Shown here in pieces: positions 26,950-38,880 of a stretch of DNA of 64,000 bases. A program made the translations under genes and the position numbers. Under the pieces are notes generated by a model. It made no database searches and was not told the DNA's origin. It saw only the letters and a list, made by a program, of their open reading frames with translations. The stretch lies in NCBI GenBank assembly GCA_963727505.1, contig CAVSGP010000009.1, positions 96,001 through 160,000 on the forward strand, written 5' to 3'. Position 1 is the stretch's first letter. Each line of letters opens with the position of its first letter. This DNA comes from an uncultured Trueperaceae bacterium (lineage in GTDB: Bacteria > Deinococcota > Deinococci > Deinococcales > Trueperaceae).

Positions 26950-27031
26950 GGCTGCGTCCCTTGACGGTGCCACTCGGGCAGCGCCCCCCGTGGGCGTCGA
27001 GGTGTTGCCGTGCGTGTCGCGGTGACCGCCC

Positions 27032-27994
27032 TCACGCCAGCGGCCTCAGGTTCGCTTCGATGTCGGCGCGGCGTGGTTCCAGGAACGGCGGCAGCGCAAG
27101 GCCTTCGCCCAGCGCTCCGAGGGGTTCGTCGACGCCGAAACCCGGCCCGTCGGTGGCGATCTCGAAGAGGATCCCGTTGGGTTCGCGGAAGTACAGGCTC
27201 CGGAAGTAGAAACGGTCCACCTGGCCGCTGTTGGGGATGCGAAAGGCGTTCAGACGCTCCAGCCAGGCCCGGTGCCGCTCGTCGTCGGTGGTGCGGAAAG
27301 CGACGTGGTGGACGCCACCGGCTCCGGGACGCGCCGGCGGCAGATCGGGTTGCACCGCCAGGTGGACCTCCGCTCCCGGGCCGCCGTCTCCCATGGCGGC
27401 GACCAGCACCTCGTGACCGCTGGCCAGTTGGTAGCTGCGGGCGAGCTCCATCCCCAGCACTTCGACCAGCACGGTGGCGGTGGGACGGGGATCGGGAACG
27501 CTCAGGGTGACCGGCCCCAGCCCCCGGATCTGCCGCTCGGCCGGCACGGGACTCGCCTCCCAGGGGTGGGCCTCGCCCGTGCCGCCGTCGTCGATGAGGG
27601 CCAGGCGCTGGCCCTCGGGGTCGGCGAAGGCGAGCGTCGGGCGGCCGTCGACGTCGCTCGGCTCCTCGACGGTAGCTCCCGCTGCGCGCAGCCGGCTCGC
27701 CCACCAGCCGAGCGCCTCGGCGCCGCCGGCCACCCGGAGGCCGGTGCGGGCGATGCTGTGCGTGCCGCGGCGCTCCGGCGCCGCCATGGACCAGTCGAAG
27801 AACGTCAGGTCGGTGCCGGGCGAGCCCAGATCGTCGGCGTAGAAGAGGTGGTAGGCCCGGACGTCGTCCTGGTTCACCGTCTTCTTTACCAGGCGCATGC
27901 CCAGCGTGTCGCGGTAGAAAGCCAGATTGTCCCGGGCCCGGGCGGTCACCGCCGTCAGGTGGTGGATCCCGTGGAGCGTCGGTTGCTCGGACAT
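27032..27994 (-). CDS. Ring-cleaving dioxygenase (MhqA/MhqO-like VOC)
   Basis: [47 protein letters not shown]. Confidence 0.92.
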   Translation of the reverse strand: MSEQPTLHGIHHLTAVTARARDNLAFYRDTLGMRLVKKTVNQDDVRAYHLFYADDLGSPGTDLTFFDWSMAAPERRGTHSIARTGLRVAGGAEALGWWASRLRAAGATVEEPSDVDGRPTLAFADPEGQRLALIDDGGTGEAHPWEASPVPAERQIRGLGPVTLSVPDPRPTATVLVEVLGMELARSYQLASGHEVLVAAMGDGGPGAEVHLAVQPDLPPARPGAGGVHHVAFRTTDDERHRAWLERLNAFRIPNSGQVDRFYFRSLYFREPNGILFEIATDGPGFGVDEPLGALGEGLALPPFLEPRRADIEANLRPLA

Positions 27995-28098
27995 GGCGAC
28001 ACTGTACGGGGGTGGGGCGCGACGTCCGGGGCCCCGGGCTACAGCGTCGCCGCGTCGCTTCCCAGGTCCGGTACGCAACGGTATCCTTGGTGGACTCC

Positions 28099-28995
28099 AT
28101 GGTTCGTCTCCTTGCGCTGTTCGGCGCCGTCACCATCTCCTTCTCGGCCATCCTGGTCCGTCTCGCCGACCTCTCGCCCTCGACGATGGCGTTCTTCCGG
28201 CCGGCGTACGCTCTGCCCGTCCTGCTCGTGCTCGCGTTGGCCTCACGACGGCACGACCCGCGCGGTCCCGCCCTCCGGGGGGCCACCGTGGCGGCCGGGA
28301 CGCTGATGGGTCTGGCCTTCGTGTTCTGGAACTACGCCATCGCCGACATCGGTGCCGGCGCGGCCACCGTGCTGAGCAACACGCAGGTCGTGTTCGTGGG
28401 CGTCGCCGCCTGGTTGCTGTTCCGTGAGCGTCCCACCGGGACCGCCCTGGTGGCCGTGCCGCTGGTGTTCGCCGGTGTGGCCCTCACCTCGGGCCTCGGG
28501 CTGGAGGGCGCCTACGGTCGGGCGCCGGTGATCGGCGCCCTCTGGGCGCTCGCCAACGCCAGCGTCTACGCCTCGTTCCTGCTGCTGTTCCGGGCGCTGA
28601 ACCGCGGGCGCGGTCTGCCCGCAGGAGTGCTCTTCGACGCCTCCCTGGGCGCCGCGCTGGTAGCCCTCGCTACGGGGCTCCTCACCGACCCCGGCTTCTC
28701 GCTGGCCTTCACCTGGCCGGCCCACGGCTGGCTGATCTTGCTGGCGCTCGGGCCGCAGGTGGTGGGCTGGCTGCTGATCTTGACCGCCCTGCCCCGGCTG
28801 CCGGCGCTCGAGACCTCGGTGACGCTGCTGGCGCAACCGATGCTGACCGTCGTCTGGGGCCGCCTGCTGTTCGCCGAGCGCCTGTCCTGGGTCCAGGCGG
28901 GAGGGGTCGCCCTGGTACTGGGGGGCATCCTGGCGCTGAGCCTGGCCGGAACCGTGCACCGACGGGCAACGGCGCGCGTCTCCGACGGTGCGTGA
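28099..28995 (+). CDS. DMT/EamA family transporter
   Basis: About 10 TM helices in two repeats; LFRER and LFAERL. Confidence 0.85.
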   Translation: MVRLLALFGAVTISFSAILVRLADLSPSTMAFFRPAYALPVLLVLALASRRHDPRGPALRGATVAAGTLMGLAFVFWNYAIADIGAGAATVLSNTQVVFVGVAAWLLFRERPTGTALVAVPLVFAGVALTSGLGLEGAYGRAPVIGALWALANASVYASFLLLFRALNRGRGLPAGVLFDASLGAALVALATGLLTDPGFSLAFTWPAHGWLILLALGPQVVGWLLILTALPRLPALETSVTLLAQPMLTVVWGRLLFAERLSWVQAGGVALVLGGILALSLAGTVHRRATARVSDGA

Positions 28996-29068
28996 GGGTC
29001 GGCAACGCGGGATGGCCGGAACGCCTGCGGGAGCCCCTCTCATGGGCCGATCTGCTAGCGTTGGCAGC

Positions 29069-29569
29069 ATGACGCTTCTCCGACGACTCTCCCCGCTGCT
29101 GCTGGCGGCCCTCCTTCTCTCGGGTTGCGCACCGGCGGCGACGGGATCCTCACCCGGCGCCCCCTACCCGATCCAGAGTGCCGCCATCGTCGCGCAACCG
29201 GGGAGCGCGGTGTACGTAGAGACGCACTACACCTTCGACGATTTCGGCATCGATCCCACCAAGGTGACGGGCGCCCTGTGGGTGCCCAACGGCTACAACG
29301 CCGAGTCGGCGGTCATCACCACCAAGTTCTCGCTCGACCAGGTCCGCGTCCCCGCGGGGTGGAGCCTCGAGCTGGTGCAGGTGCAGGCCACCCACACCAC
29401 GGTGGCGGGACCGAAGAGCTTCTCCAAGAGCACCGACAAGTACACCCTCACGGTGCTGCTGGCGCTCACCCCGAAGGAGGGGGCTGTGGCGGGTCCCTAC
29501 CACCTCAACGCCACGCTGACCTATCAGAAGAAGAGCAAGCCCCTCCGGGTCGACCTGCACGTGGGCTGA
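29069..29569 (+). CDS. Lipoprotein of unknown function
   Basis: Lipobox LLSG|C; leaderless TAGCGT-N7-ATG. Confidence 0.75.
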   Translation: MTLLRRLSPLLLAALLLSGCAPAATGSSPGAPYPIQSAAIVAQPGSAVYVETHYTFDDFGIDPTKVTGALWVPNGYNAESAVITTKFSLDQVRVPAGWSLELVQVQATHTTVAGPKSFSKSTDKYTLTVLLALTPKEGAVAGPYHLNATLTYQKKSKPLRVDLHVG

Positions 29570-29633
29570 CGCCCCGCACGTGTGCTGACGCCGCTCCGTG
29601 GTGCGCTCGTGACGATGCCGGGCAGATGCCTGG

Positions 29634-30143
29634 CTACAGGTCGACGCCGTCGCGGGCGAGACCGCTCAACAGCCAGCAACCCCGGCGCGCACCGTGCCGT
29701 GCCCGAACGAGAGCGAGCGTGAAACGCACGTCGGTGCCTTCGCTGCACGTCACCCGAACGTCGGCGCGGGCCGCGTCGACGCGTTGTTCGAAGTGCTCGA
29801 CGGCCGCCGACACGTGACCCACCAGCGGAGCGTTGAGTGTGTTGTGGAGGGCGCGCCCGAAGGCGTCCATGTCACCGATGCCGGCGCGCATGCGCTCGGA
29901 TGCGAAGGCGTAGGTCACGCCGATGCCGTGGTCCGGGCGCGGTCGATCGTTGGCGGCCAACGCGCCTAGCACGACGTCGAGCACGTCCCTCGCGTCCAGC
30001 TCGGGGGCAGGCCCGTGAGGCGCAGGACGAGGCCGGGTTCCGATCACGCCCTGTTCTGCAGCGTCGTGCGCGGGCGCCGCGATGCGCGGGACCGCTCGAG
30101 GATGGGACCGGAGCTCGCGCGCCCCTCGTCGAGCTCGCTGCAT
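29634..30143 (-). CDS. DUF4864-like protein (start uncertain)
   Basis: ALAANDRP..DHGI...YAFAS...F...L pattern and C-terminal CW. Confidence 0.55.
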   Translation of the reverse strand: MQRARRGARELRSHPRAVPRIAAPAHDAAEQGVIGTRPRPAPHGPAPELDARDVLDVVLGALAANDRPRPDHGIGVTYAFASERMRAGIGDMDAFGRALHNTLNAPLVGHVSAAVEHFEQRVDAARADVRVTCSEGTDVRFTLALVRARHGARRGCWLLSGLARDGVDL

Positions 30144-30183
30144 GTGCGGCGCCCGAGGCCCTGCCCGGCGACGACCACGTTGG

Positions 30184-31647
30184 TCACGCCCGTTCGCGGC
30201 CGGCAACCGAGCCGTGCGGGAGCGCCATGGAGATGAACTTGGTCTCCAGGTACTCGTCGATGCCCCAGGGGCCGCCTTCGCGACCGAGGCCGGATTGCTT
30301 GACGCCGCCGAACGGGGCGTAGGGCACGCTGGGGACGCCATCGTTGACGCCGACGATGCCGTACTCGAGGGCTTCGGAGACCCGGAAGGCGCGGCTGAGG
30401 TCGTTGGTGTAGATGTAGGCGGCGAGCCCGTAGGGGGTGTCGTTGGCGGCGCGCACCGCCTCCTCGTCGTGCTCGAACGTGAGGATGGGGCTGACCGGTC
30501 CGAAGGTCTCCTCCCGCATGAGCTGCATGTCGGCGGTGACGCCGAGGAGCACGGTGGGGGCGAAGTAGAGCCCTTCCAGGGCGCTCCCGCCGGTGGCGAT
30601 CCGGGCTCCCTTGGCGATCGCGTCCTGGACGTGCTGCTGGACCTTGTTCAGGCCGGCGGCGTCGACCAGCGGGCCGATGTCGGTGGCGTCCTGGAGCGGG
30701 TCGCCCACCACCAGCTCGTTGGTGGCGGCCACGTAACGCTCCACGAAGGCGTCCTGGATGTCCTTGTGCACGTAGATGCGGTTGGTGCAAACGCAGGTCT
30801 GGCCGGCGTTGCGGTACTTGCAGGCGATGACCTGTTCGACGGCGCGCTCCAGGTCGGCGTCGTCGAACACCAGGTAGGGAGCGTGCCCGCCGAGCTCCAG
30901 CGAGAGCTTCTTGATGGTCTGGGCGGACTTGCCGTAGAGGATGCGACCGACCTCGGTCGAACCGGTGAAGGTGAGCTTGCGGATGCGCGGGTCCTCCATC
31001 AGCGCGTCGGAGACCGGCACCGGGTCGTTGGCGGGCAGTACCTGCAGGGTACCGGCGGGGCCGCCGGCGCGCTCCCATAGCTCGCCCAGCAGCAGGGCCG
31101 ACAGTGGCGTCTGCTCGGCGGGCTTGAGCACGAAGGTGCAGCCGGCCGCCAGGGCGGGCGCCGCCTTGCGCGTGACCATCGCCAGCGGGAAGTTCCAGGG
31201 GGTGACGCCGAACACCGGGCCGACCGGTTGCCGGATGGCCATCAGGCGCTTGTTGGGTGCGTGCGAGGGGATCGTCTCGCCGTAGACGCGCTTGGCCTCC
31301 TCGGCGTACCAGCGCACGAAGCCCGCGGCGTAGGCGACCTCGCCGCGCGCCTCCTTGAGCGGCTTGCCCATCTCGCGGCTCATGGTGCGCGCCAGGCGCT
31401 CCTGGTCGGCCATCATGGCGTCATGCCAGCGCATGAGCACGTCGGAGCGCTCGAAGGCGCTCACCTGCCGCCAGCTCTGGAAGGCGTCCCAGGCGACCTG
31501 CGCGGCGGCGCGGCCCTCCTCGGCGCCGCAGTCGGCGACCTCGGCCACGGCCTCTCCGGTGGCCGGATTGGTGACGGTGTAGGTCACGCCGGAGTCCTGC
31601 CAGCGGTCGGTCAAGAAGCGACGTTCAACGTTTTGGAGCGGTTCCAT
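30184..31647 (-). CDS. gabD: NAD(P)-dependent succinate-semialdehyde dehydrogenase
   Basis: TPWNFP, FTGSTEVG, LELGG, RNAGQTCVC, EETFGP, PFGGVKQSG. Confidence 0.9.
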   Translation of the reverse strand: MEPLQNVERRFLTDRWQDSGVTYTVTNPATGEAVAEVADCGAEEGRAAAQVAWDAFQSWRQVSAFERSDVLMRWHDAMMADQERLARTMSREMGKPLKEARGEVAYAAGFVRWYAEEAKRVYGETIPSHAPNKRLMAIRQPVGPVFGVTPWNFPLAMVTRKAAPALAAGCTFVLKPAEQTPLSALLLGELWERAGGPAGTLQVLPANDPVPVSDALMEDPRIRKLTFTGSTEVGRILYGKSAQTIKKLSLELGGHAPYLVFDDADLERAVEQVIACKYRNAGQTCVCTNRIYVHKDIQDAFVERYVAATNELVVGDPLQDATDIGPLVDAAGLNKVQQHVQDAIAKGARIATGGSALEGLYFAPTVLLGVTADMQLMREETFGPVSPILTFEHDEEAVRAANDTPYGLAAYIYTNDLSRAFRVSEALEYGIVGVNDGVPSVPYAPFGGVKQSGLGREGGPWGIDEYLETKFISMALPHGSVAGRERA

Positions 31648-31714
31648 GCGTCAGTCTAGCAACGGGCGTAGCGGTCTTCGCGTGCCGTGGCATGGTGCGG
31701 CGCCGACCCCGGGC

Positions 31715-33262
31715 TCAGGCGGGCGCGGGCCGCGGCCAGACCGCGCTGGCGGTTGCCGGCGCCCCGGCGATCAGGTCGTCGACGATCTTGGCGCTCGAGA
31801 GCACGCCGGGGATGCCCGCCCCGGGATGGGTCCCTGCCCCCACGAAGTACAGGCCGTGGACGTCCTCGCTGCGGTTGTGGGGCCGGAACCACGCTGATTG
31901 CGTGAGGGTCGGCTCGAAGCTGAACGCCGACCCCTGGAAGGCGTTCAGCGTTCCCTGGAAGTGCAGTGGGTCGATCCAGCGCTCGGTCACGAGGTGCTGC
32001 GACAGCCCGGGCAGGTAGCGCTCTTCGAGGAAGCGCATGATGGCATCCCGGTAGGGCCGGGCCTGGGTGCGCCAGTCGATGCCGGAGGCGAGGTTCGGGA
32101 CCGGCGAGAGCACGTAGAAGCTCTCGTGACCGGGAGGCGCCAGCGACGGGTCCGTCGCCGTCGGCATGTGGAGGTAGAGGCTGAAGTCCTTCGGAAGCCG
32201 GCCGTCGTTGCGGAAGATGTCCCTCAGGAGGCCCCGGTAGCGCTCCCCCAACAGGATGTTGTGGTGCGCCAGCGGGCCGCCCGCGTAGCGGCGATCGGTG
32301 CCGAAGTAGATCACGAACAGGCTCATGGCGTAGCGCATGCGCTCCAGGCGCCGGTCGGTGTACTTGCGGCGGTAGCGCGGGTCCACCAGGTTGCGGTAGG
32401 TGAAGGCGACGTCGGCGTTGCTCACCACCGCGTCGGCCTCGAACACCCGGCCGTCGGCCAGGCGCACGCCGGTCGCTCGCGGACCCCGCGCGGTGGGCTT
32501 CACGAGGATCTCGGCCACGTCGGCATCCGTGTGGATGCTTCCCCCGAGATCGTCGACCAGCCGCGCCAGGCCGTCGACCAGCGCACCGGTGCCGCCCATG
32601 GCGTACCAGACGCCCCATGCGCGTTCGAGGTAGTGGATCATGGCGTAGATCGACGGTGTGTCGAAGGGGTTCCCCCCGACCAGTAGCGGATGGAAGCTGA
32701 ACACCTGGCGCAGGAAGGGGTCTTTGACGAACTGCGAGATGTAGCGGTAGACGCTCTTGTACGACTGTAGCCGGATCAGGTCGGGGGCGACGCGCAGCAT
32801 GTCCCAGACCGTATCGAACGGCTTGTCGGCCAGCTCTTCGAAACCCTTGCGGTAGATCTTGCCGGCGTTGTGCACGAACGTCCGGTAGCCCTCTTTGTCG
32901 TCGGGCGCCACCTTGTCGATCTCGGAGAGCACGAAGGCCTCGTCGCCGTTGTAATCGAACCGGCGTCCGGTGTCGTCGAAGATCCGGTAGTAGGGATCGC
33001 AGCGCACCAGCTCCAGGTAGTCCTCGCGGCGCCGGCCGGCCTTCTCGAAGATGGCGTCGATGAGCTGGGGGGCGGTGATGATGGTGGGCCCGCCGTCGAA
33101 CGTGAAACCGTCCTGACGGTAGACGTAGGCGCGCCCGCCGAGAGCGTCGCGACGCTCGAGCACCGTCACCCGGTGTCCGGAGGCAGCAAGCCGGGCGGCG
33201 GCGCTCAGGCCTCCGAGGCCCGCACCGATGACGACGACACGCTTGCTTGCACGCTGGCTCAC
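31715..33262 (-). CDS. crtI: Phytoene desaturase family carotenoid desaturase
   Basis: VIGAGLGG, GFTFDGGPT, LLVGGNPF, QSAWFRPHN, GAGTHPGAGIPGV. Confidence 0.88.
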   Translation of the reverse strand: MSQRASKRVVVIGAGLGGLSAAARLAASGHRVTVLERRDALGGRAYVYRQDGFTFDGGPTIITAPQLIDAIFEKAGRRREDYLELVRCDPYYRIFDDTGRRFDYNGDEAFVLSEIDKVAPDDKEGYRTFVHNAGKIYRKGFEELADKPFDTVWDMLRVAPDLIRLQSYKSVYRYISQFVKDPFLRQVFSFHPLLVGGNPFDTPSIYAMIHYLERAWGVWYAMGGTGALVDGLARLVDDLGGSIHTDADVAEILVKPTARGPRATGVRLADGRVFEADAVVSNADVAFTYRNLVDPRYRRKYTDRRLERMRYAMSLFVIYFGTDRRYAGGPLAHHNILLGERYRGLLRDIFRNDGRLPKDFSLYLHMPTATDPSLAPPGHESFYVLSPVPNLASGIDWRTQARPYRDAIMRFLEERYLPGLSQHLVTERWIDPLHFQGTLNAFQGSAFSFEPTLTQSAWFRPHNRSEDVHGLYFVGAGTHPGAGIPGVLSSAKIVDDLIAGAPATASAVWPRPAPA

Positions 33263-33363
33263 GTGTCGAAGCGTAGGCGGGCCGCGCCGCCCGCGCCTGG
33301 AGCCCGGCCACAGTTCGGCACGCGGAGCGTGGCGCGCGACGGCCGCCGCCGCTTTCGGTTCGG

Positions 33364-34611
33364 TTATCGGGTGTCGGTGTCGACCTCCAGGCGCCAGAGG
33401 TCTTCGGGGCGCTCTCGGCGACGTACCAGTCGCACCACCGGCGCTCCGCCGCGGCGCGCCCCACGGCCACTCTCGGCGGGCTCCGCGCCGCCATCGTCGA
33501 CGACGACCTCGGCGGGCCGCAGGCTGGAGGCGTAGTTCGAGGCCATCGCGAAGCCGTAGGCGCCCGCTTGTTCGACGGCGAGCAGGTCACCGGATGCCAC
33601 GGGCGGCAACGGAAGGGCGCGACCCAGGCGGTCGGCGTTCTCGCACAGCGGACCGTCCAGATCGCTGAGGGGACCGTCGGGCGCTGCTGCAGCGACTCCC
33701 TCGGTCCGGTCGCGCGACGCCACCACGCGGATCGGGTGCTCCGCGCCGTAGAGGGCAGGCCGCAGCAGCTCGGCCATGCCGGCGTCCGCGATGACGTGCC
33801 GACGGGGACCCTCCGGCTTGACGTGGAGCACGCGCGTGAGGAGCGTGCCGGCTTCGGCCACCAGCGAGCGTCCCGGCTCGAGCACCAGGCCCGCCCCCAG
33901 CGCGCGGGCGAGAGCGCCTGCCCGCGCGCCGAACGCCGCCAGCGGCGCATCCGGCACCGCGAAGCCGCCACCGAGATCGACCAGCTCGAGCCCCGGCAGG
34001 GCCCGGTAGAGCGGCACGAGGACCGCTTGGACCTCGTCGTAGACGCCGGGGTCACGGATCATCGAGCCGGCGTGGACGTGGAAGCCGGCGAGCCGCCCGG
34101 CTGCGCGCACCTCGCGCGCCAGCGCCAGCGCGGCCTCGACCGGGAGGCCGAACTTCGAGGTCGCCGCACCGGTGGCCAGGTGCTGGTGGGTGCCGGGCTC
34201 GAGCGCGGGGTTGACCCGCACCAGGAAGCGCGTAGTATCGCTCCCCGCGGCCTGCCAGGTCTGCCACGTGCCGCGGGAGTCGAGGCTGGCGAGGCCCACC
34301 CCGAGCTCGGACGCGCGCCCGACCAGGCCCGCGTCCTGCCCGGGCCCGCCGACCAGCACGTCGCCCGGTGCGATGCCCGCGCGCACCGCCCGCTCGAGCT
34401 CGCCGAGGGTGATGACCTCGGCGCCCGCGCCGAGGTCCGCCAGAGCGCGCAGCACCGCGCCGCTCGGGTTGGCCTTGACCGCGTACAGCAGCCGGGCGGT
34501 GGGGAATGCCGTGCGCAGCGCGCGCCACTGGCGTCGCACGCGCGCGAGGTCGTAGACGTAGGTGGGGGTCCCGAAGCGCTCGGCGATGGTGCGTAGGAGA
34601 GCGTCGTTCAT
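33364..34611 (-). CDS. lysA: Diaminopimelate decarboxylase
   Basis: FGTPTYVYD, YAVKAN, SKFG, HVHAGS, DLGGG, EPGR, GPLCE, GAYG. Confidence 0.82.
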   Translation of the reverse strand: MNDALLRTIAERFGTPTYVYDLARVRRQWRALRTAFPTARLLYAVKANPSGAVLRALADLGAGAEVITLGELERAVRAGIAPGDVLVGGPGQDAGLVGRASELGVGLASLDSRGTWQTWQAAGSDTTRFLVRVNPALEPGTHQHLATGAATSKFGLPVEAALALAREVRAAGRLAGFHVHAGSMIRDPGVYDEVQAVLVPLYRALPGLELVDLGGGFAVPDAPLAAFGARAGALARALGAGLVLEPGRSLVAEAGTLLTRVLHVKPEGPRRHVIADAGMAELLRPALYGAEHPIRVVASRDRTEGVAAAAPDGPLSDLDGPLCENADRLGRALPLPPVASGDLLAVEQAGAYGFAMASNYASSLRPAEVVVDDGGAEPAESGRGARRGGAPVVRLVRRRERPEDLWRLEVDTDTR

Positions 34612-34697
34612 GCGGGTAGCTGAGGCTAGCACGGGCCCGAGCCGGGCGTCGGCCCCACGGCGGGGAGGGAGCGCCCGGGACAGCTATGCTGTGCCCC

Positions 34698-35234
34698 ATG
34701 AACAGACAGATCCGGCGCGAGCAGGCCAAGCAGGACAAGAAGGCTCAGAAGGAGAAGCAACGGAAGAGAGCCGCCCGCCGCGCTCGCGTCCAGAACGTAC
34801 GTCGTCGTCGCACCAGCGAACGCAAGGAGGGCGGAAAGCCCGCGGCCGGGAGCGCCAGCCCGAAGGCCTCGGGAGGCCAGCGCCAGCGCTTGCCCGGGCG
34901 CTTCTCCGGCGTCCTGATGATCGCGACGGTGTTCTTCATCGTGCTGCAGGCGGCCGTTCCTGCCAAGGACATGACCACGTTGAACAGCGTCACGGGCGCG
35001 GGATTCTTCGTGCTGTTCGGCTACTTCTCGCTGCTCTACCTGGAACGGCGCGGTGGCGGCCGGGCGCTGCTCATGACCCTGGTGTCGGGTGTGCTGCTGG
35101 TCGTGGGCGTGTCGATCGCCCGGCTGGTGGAACCTGTGCTCACCATGGACTGGCTGATGATGGGGCTGGCGGTGCCCGGGGTGGTGGCCGGCGCCTTCCT
35201 CGGTCGTCTGGTCTTCTACAACAGCCCCGCCTAG
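34698..35234 (+). CDS. Membrane protein with basic N-terminal tail
   Basis: Leaderless TATGCT-N7-ATG; K/R-rich N-terminus then 4 TM helices. Confidence 0.7.
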   Translation: MNRQIRREQAKQDKKAQKEKQRKRAARRARVQNVRRRRTSERKEGGKPAAGSASPKASGGQRQRLPGRFSGVLMIATVFFIVLQAAVPAKDMTTLNSVTGAGFFVLFGYFSLLYLERRGGGRALLMTLVSGVLLVVGVSIARLVEPVLTMDWLMMGLAVPGVVAGAFLGRLVFYNSPA

Positions 35235-35241
35235 CAGCGCC

Positions 35242-35955
35242 GTGGTGGAGCCTTCTCACGCCGAGCCCGTCACCGCCATCATCGGCGCCATGGACGAGGA
35301 ACTGGAGGCCCTTCTCGCCGATCTGGAAGAGCGGCGAGAAGGGCGCCTCGGCCCCTTCGTGGTTCACCTCGGCCGCCTCGAGGGCCGGGCGGTGGCGCTG
35401 GCGCGCTGTGGCGTCGGCAAGGTCAACGCGGCCGCCCTGACGCAGGCGGTGCTCACGCTCGGCGCGGCGCGCGTGCTCTTCACGGGCGTTGCCGGGGCCG
35501 TGCGACCCGGACTCCGGGTCGGTGACCTGGTGATCTCGAAGGACGCGGTGCAGCACGATCTCGATGTGCGCCCCCTGGGCTACCGGCTGGGGCAGGTGCC
35601 GGGGGAGGCGTGGAGCTGGACGGCGGATGCCCACCTGGCGGAGCTGGCCCTGGCCGCCGCCGGCGATCTCGAGGGTGTCCGTGCAGTGCTCGGAAGGGTG
35701 GCATCGGGCGACGTCTTCGTCGCCGATCCGGCGCGCGTCGCGGCGCTGCGCGAGACGTTCGACGCCGATTGCGCAGAGATGGAGGGCGCCGCCACGGCGC
35801 AGGTGTGCGCCAAGTGGGGCGTGCCGTTCGTCATCATCCGGAGCATCAGCGATACCGCCGACCACGACGCACAGGTGGATTTTCGCTCCTTCACGCCCCT
35901 GGCGGCGGCACGGGCGAAACAGGTGGTGCGCGGCATCCTGCGTCGGCTGTCCTAG
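35242..35955 (+). CDS. mtnN: MTA/SAH nucleosidase
   Basis: IIGAMDEE, GVGKVNAA, EMEGAA, IRSISD. Confidence 0.93.
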   Translation: MVEPSHAEPVTAIIGAMDEELEALLADLEERREGRLGPFVVHLGRLEGRAVALARCGVGKVNAAALTQAVLTLGAARVLFTGVAGAVRPGLRVGDLVISKDAVQHDLDVRPLGYRLGQVPGEAWSWTADAHLAELALAAAGDLEGVRAVLGRVASGDVFVADPARVAALRETFDADCAEMEGAATAQVCAKWGVPFVIIRSISDTADHDAQVDFRSFTPLAAARAKQVVRGILRRLS

Positions 35956-36132
35956 CGGTGCGCGCCTCGGCCCGCCCGGGCCGTAGCCTGCCCCATCGGG
36001 CGACGATGCGATGGGAGCGTACAATGGGGGCCCGAAGCCTGTGCCGGCCCTCGGGCCGGTGCACGTATGCACCGCCTCGATGCAGTGCGGCGCCACGCGC
36101 TGGGCGCCACCTCGAGAGAGGACATCACGACG

Positions 36133-38859
36133 ATGACGGACGTATTGGACGAACTCCTCAACCTAGACCGGTCGCAGCTCGAACCCGACGAGCTCCGCCA
36201 GCTCAACGAGACCGAGTTGCGCGAGTGGCTCGAGTCGCTCGACTACGTGCTGGCCAGCGGCGGCGCCGACCGCGTCAAGGACATCCTTCAGAAGCTGGAG
36301 CAGCACGCCTACAAGCACGGCGTGCCGATCCCCTACAACGCGACCACGCCGTACATCAACACCATCGGCGTGGACGAGCAGCCGGAGTACCCCGGCGACC
36401 TGGAGATCGAGGAGCGGATCACCAACCTGATCCGCTGGAACGCCATGGCCATGGTGGTCCGGGCCAACAAGTATTCCGCGGGCATCGGCGGCCACATCGC
36501 CACCTACGCGTCCGCCGCGACCCTGTACGAGGTGGGGTTCAACCACTTCTTCCACGGTCCGAAGGCCGGCGCCGACGCCGACCTGGTGTACTTCCAGGGC
36601 CACGCCAGCCCCGGGTTCTACGCGCGCTCCTTCCTGGAGGGGCGTTTCCCGGTGGAGGCGATGCGCAACTTCCGGCGCGAGCTGCAGGACGACCCGGGCC
36701 TGTCCTCCTACCCGCACCCGTGGCTGATGCCCGACTACTGGTCCTTCCCGACGGTCTCGATGGGGATCGGTCCGCTGGCCTCGATCTATCAGGCGCGCTT
36801 CCGGCGCTACCTCGAGGACCGCGGGCTGCTGCCCAAGGGCGAGGGGCGCGTCTGGGCGTTCGTCGGCGACGGCGAGACCGACGAGGTGGAGACGCTGGGT
36901 GCGATCCGGGTAGCGGCGCGCAACAAGCTCGACAACCTCATCTGGGTCGTCAACTGCAATCTGCAGCGTCTCGACGGCCCGGTGTACGGCAACGGCAAGA
37001 TCATCCAGGAGCTCGAGGGCATCTTCCGGGGCGCAGGCTGGAACGTCATCAAGGTGGCATGGGGCAGCAAGTGGGACGAGCTGCTGGCGCGCGACCACGA
37101 CGGCACGCTGGCCCGGCGCTTCGAGGAGATGGTCGACGGTGAGTCGCAACGCTACGCGGCGTTCGGAGCGCCGGAGCTGCGCGACCGGTTCTTCAACACC
37201 CCCGAGCTGAAGAAGCTCATCGAGGACTGGAGCGACGACGACATCGCCCAGCTCAACCGCGGCGGGCACGATCCCGTGAAGATCTACGCCGCGTTCCAAC
37301 GGGCGGTGCAGCACCAGGGGTCGCCGACGGCCATCCTGTTCCGCACCGTCAAGGGCTACGGCATGGGTGATGCCGGTGAGGCGCAGAACGTCACGCACCA
37401 GCAGAAGAAGCTCGACGTGGACCAGATGAAGGCCTTCCGCGACCGCTTCGAGCTGCCGGTCAGCGACGAGGAGATCACGCACTACCCGTTCTTCCGGCCC
37501 GAGGAGGACAGCCCCGAGCTGACGTACCTGCTCGAGCGCCGTGAGGAGCTGGGAGGATTCCTTCCCGACCGCTCGCCGAAGTCCGAGTCTCTCGACCCGC
37601 CGTCCGCCGACGCCTTCGAGGAGTTCATGCAGGGCACCGAGGGTCGCGAGGTGTCGACGACGATGGCTTTCGTCAGCGTCCTGCGCAATCTGTTGCGCGA
37701 CGAGACCTGGGGCAAGCTGGTGGTGCCGATCGTGCCCGATGAGGCGCGGACCTTCGGCATGGAGGCGCTGTTCCGGCAGATCGGCATCTATTCCAACGTC
37801 GGCCAGCTGTACGAGCCGGTCGACCGAGAGAACCTGCTGTACTACAAGGAATCGCACGACGGGCAGATCCTCGAGGAGGGCATCACCGAGGCCGGCTCCA
37901 TGGCGTCGTTCCTGGCCGCCGGGACCGCCTACTCGAACTACGGCGTCAACGCCGTCCCCTTCTTCATCTATTATTCGATGTTCGGCTTCCAGCGCATCGG
38001 TGACATGATCTGGGCTGCCGGCGACAGCCGCGCGCGCGGCTTCCTGGTCGGCGGGACAGCGGGCCGCACCACCCTCGCCGGTGAAGGTCTGCAGCATCAG
38101 GACGGGAACTCCCACGTGCTCGCCTACACCGTGCCCAACCTGCTGGCCTACGACCCGAGCTTCGCCTACGAGATCGCCGTCATCGTGCGCGAGGGCCTTC
38201 GCCGGATGTACCAGCAGCAGGACGACGTCTTCTACTACCTGACGGTCGGCAACGAGAACTACGCCCAACCTGCGGCTCCCGAGCACCTGAGTCGCGAGGC
38301 GCTGGAGGAGGGTGTCATCAAGGGGCTCTACCTCTTCCGCCCGACGGGCCGCAAGCGCAGCAAGCTGCACGCCCAACTCTTCGGGAGCGGCTCCATCATG
38401 AACGAGGTGCTCGAGGCCCGACGCATCCTGGAGGAGGACTACAAGGTCGCCACCGACGTCTGGAGCGTGACGTCGTACAAAGCGCTGCACGTCGAAGCGC
38501 TCGAGGTCGAGCGCCACAACCGGCTCCACCCGGACGAGGAGCCGCTCGAGCCGTTCGTCGCGCGCCAGCTCCGTGGCGCCAAGGGCGTGTTCGTAGCCGC
38601 CTCGGACTACATGAAGATCCTGCCCGACGCGCTCGCGCGTCACCTTCCGAAGGGCATCGTGGCGCTCGGAACCGACGGGTTCGGCCGCAGCGAGGCCCGC
38701 GAGGAGCTCCGCGACTTCTTCGAGGTCGATGCCAAGCAGATCGTGCTGGCGACGCTCCAGGCGCTGGCACAGGAAGGTGCGCTGAAGCCTGCGGAGGTCG
38801 CGAAGGCGCTTCAAGAGCTGGGCATCGATCCGGACAAGCCGAACCCCTACGTCGACTGA
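36133..38859 (+). CDS. aceE: Pyruvate dehydrogenase E1, homodimeric type
   Basis: [44 protein letters not shown]. Confidence 0.96.
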   Translation: MTDVLDELLNLDRSQLEPDELRQLNETELREWLESLDYVLASGGADRVKDILQKLEQHAYKHGVPIPYNATTPYINTIGVDEQPEYPGDLEIEERITNLIRWNAMAMVVRANKYSAGIGGHIATYASAATLYEVGFNHFFHGPKAGADADLVYFQGHASPGFYARSFLEGRFPVEAMRNFRRELQDDPGLSSYPHPWLMPDYWSFPTVSMGIGPLASIYQARFRRYLEDRGLLPKGEGRVWAFVGDGETDEVETLGAIRVAARNKLDNLIWVVNCNLQRLDGPVYGNGKIIQELEGIFRGAGWNVIKVAWGSKWDELLARDHDGTLARRFEEMVDGESQRYAAFGAPELRDRFFNTPELKKLIEDWSDDDIAQLNRGGHDPVKIYAAFQRAVQHQGSPTAILFRTVKGYGMGDAGEAQNVTHQQKKLDVDQMKAFRDRFELPVSDEEITHYPFFRPEEDSPELTYLLERREELGGFLPDRSPKSESLDPPSADAFEEFMQGTEGREVSTTMAFVSVLRNLLRDETWGKLVVPIVPDEARTFGMEALFRQIGIYSNVGQLYEPVDRENLLYYKESHDGQILEEGITEAGSMASFLAAGTAYSNYGVNAVPFFIYYSMFGFQRIGDMIWAAGDSRARGFLVGGTAGRTTLAGEGLQHQDGNSHVLAYTVPNLLAYDPSFAYEIAVIVREGLRRMYQQQDDVFYYLTVGNENYAQPAAPEHLSREALEEGVIKGLYLFRPTGRKRSKLHAQLFGSGSIMNEVLEARRILEEDYKVATDVWSVTSYKALHVEALEVERHNRLHPDEEPLEPFVARQLRGAKGVFVAASDYMKILPDALARHLPKGIVALGTDGFGRSEAREELRDFFEVDAKQIVLATLQALAQEGALKPAEVAKALQELGIDPDKPNPYVD

Positions 38860-38880
38860 GGATCTGGAAAGGAAGCGCGC

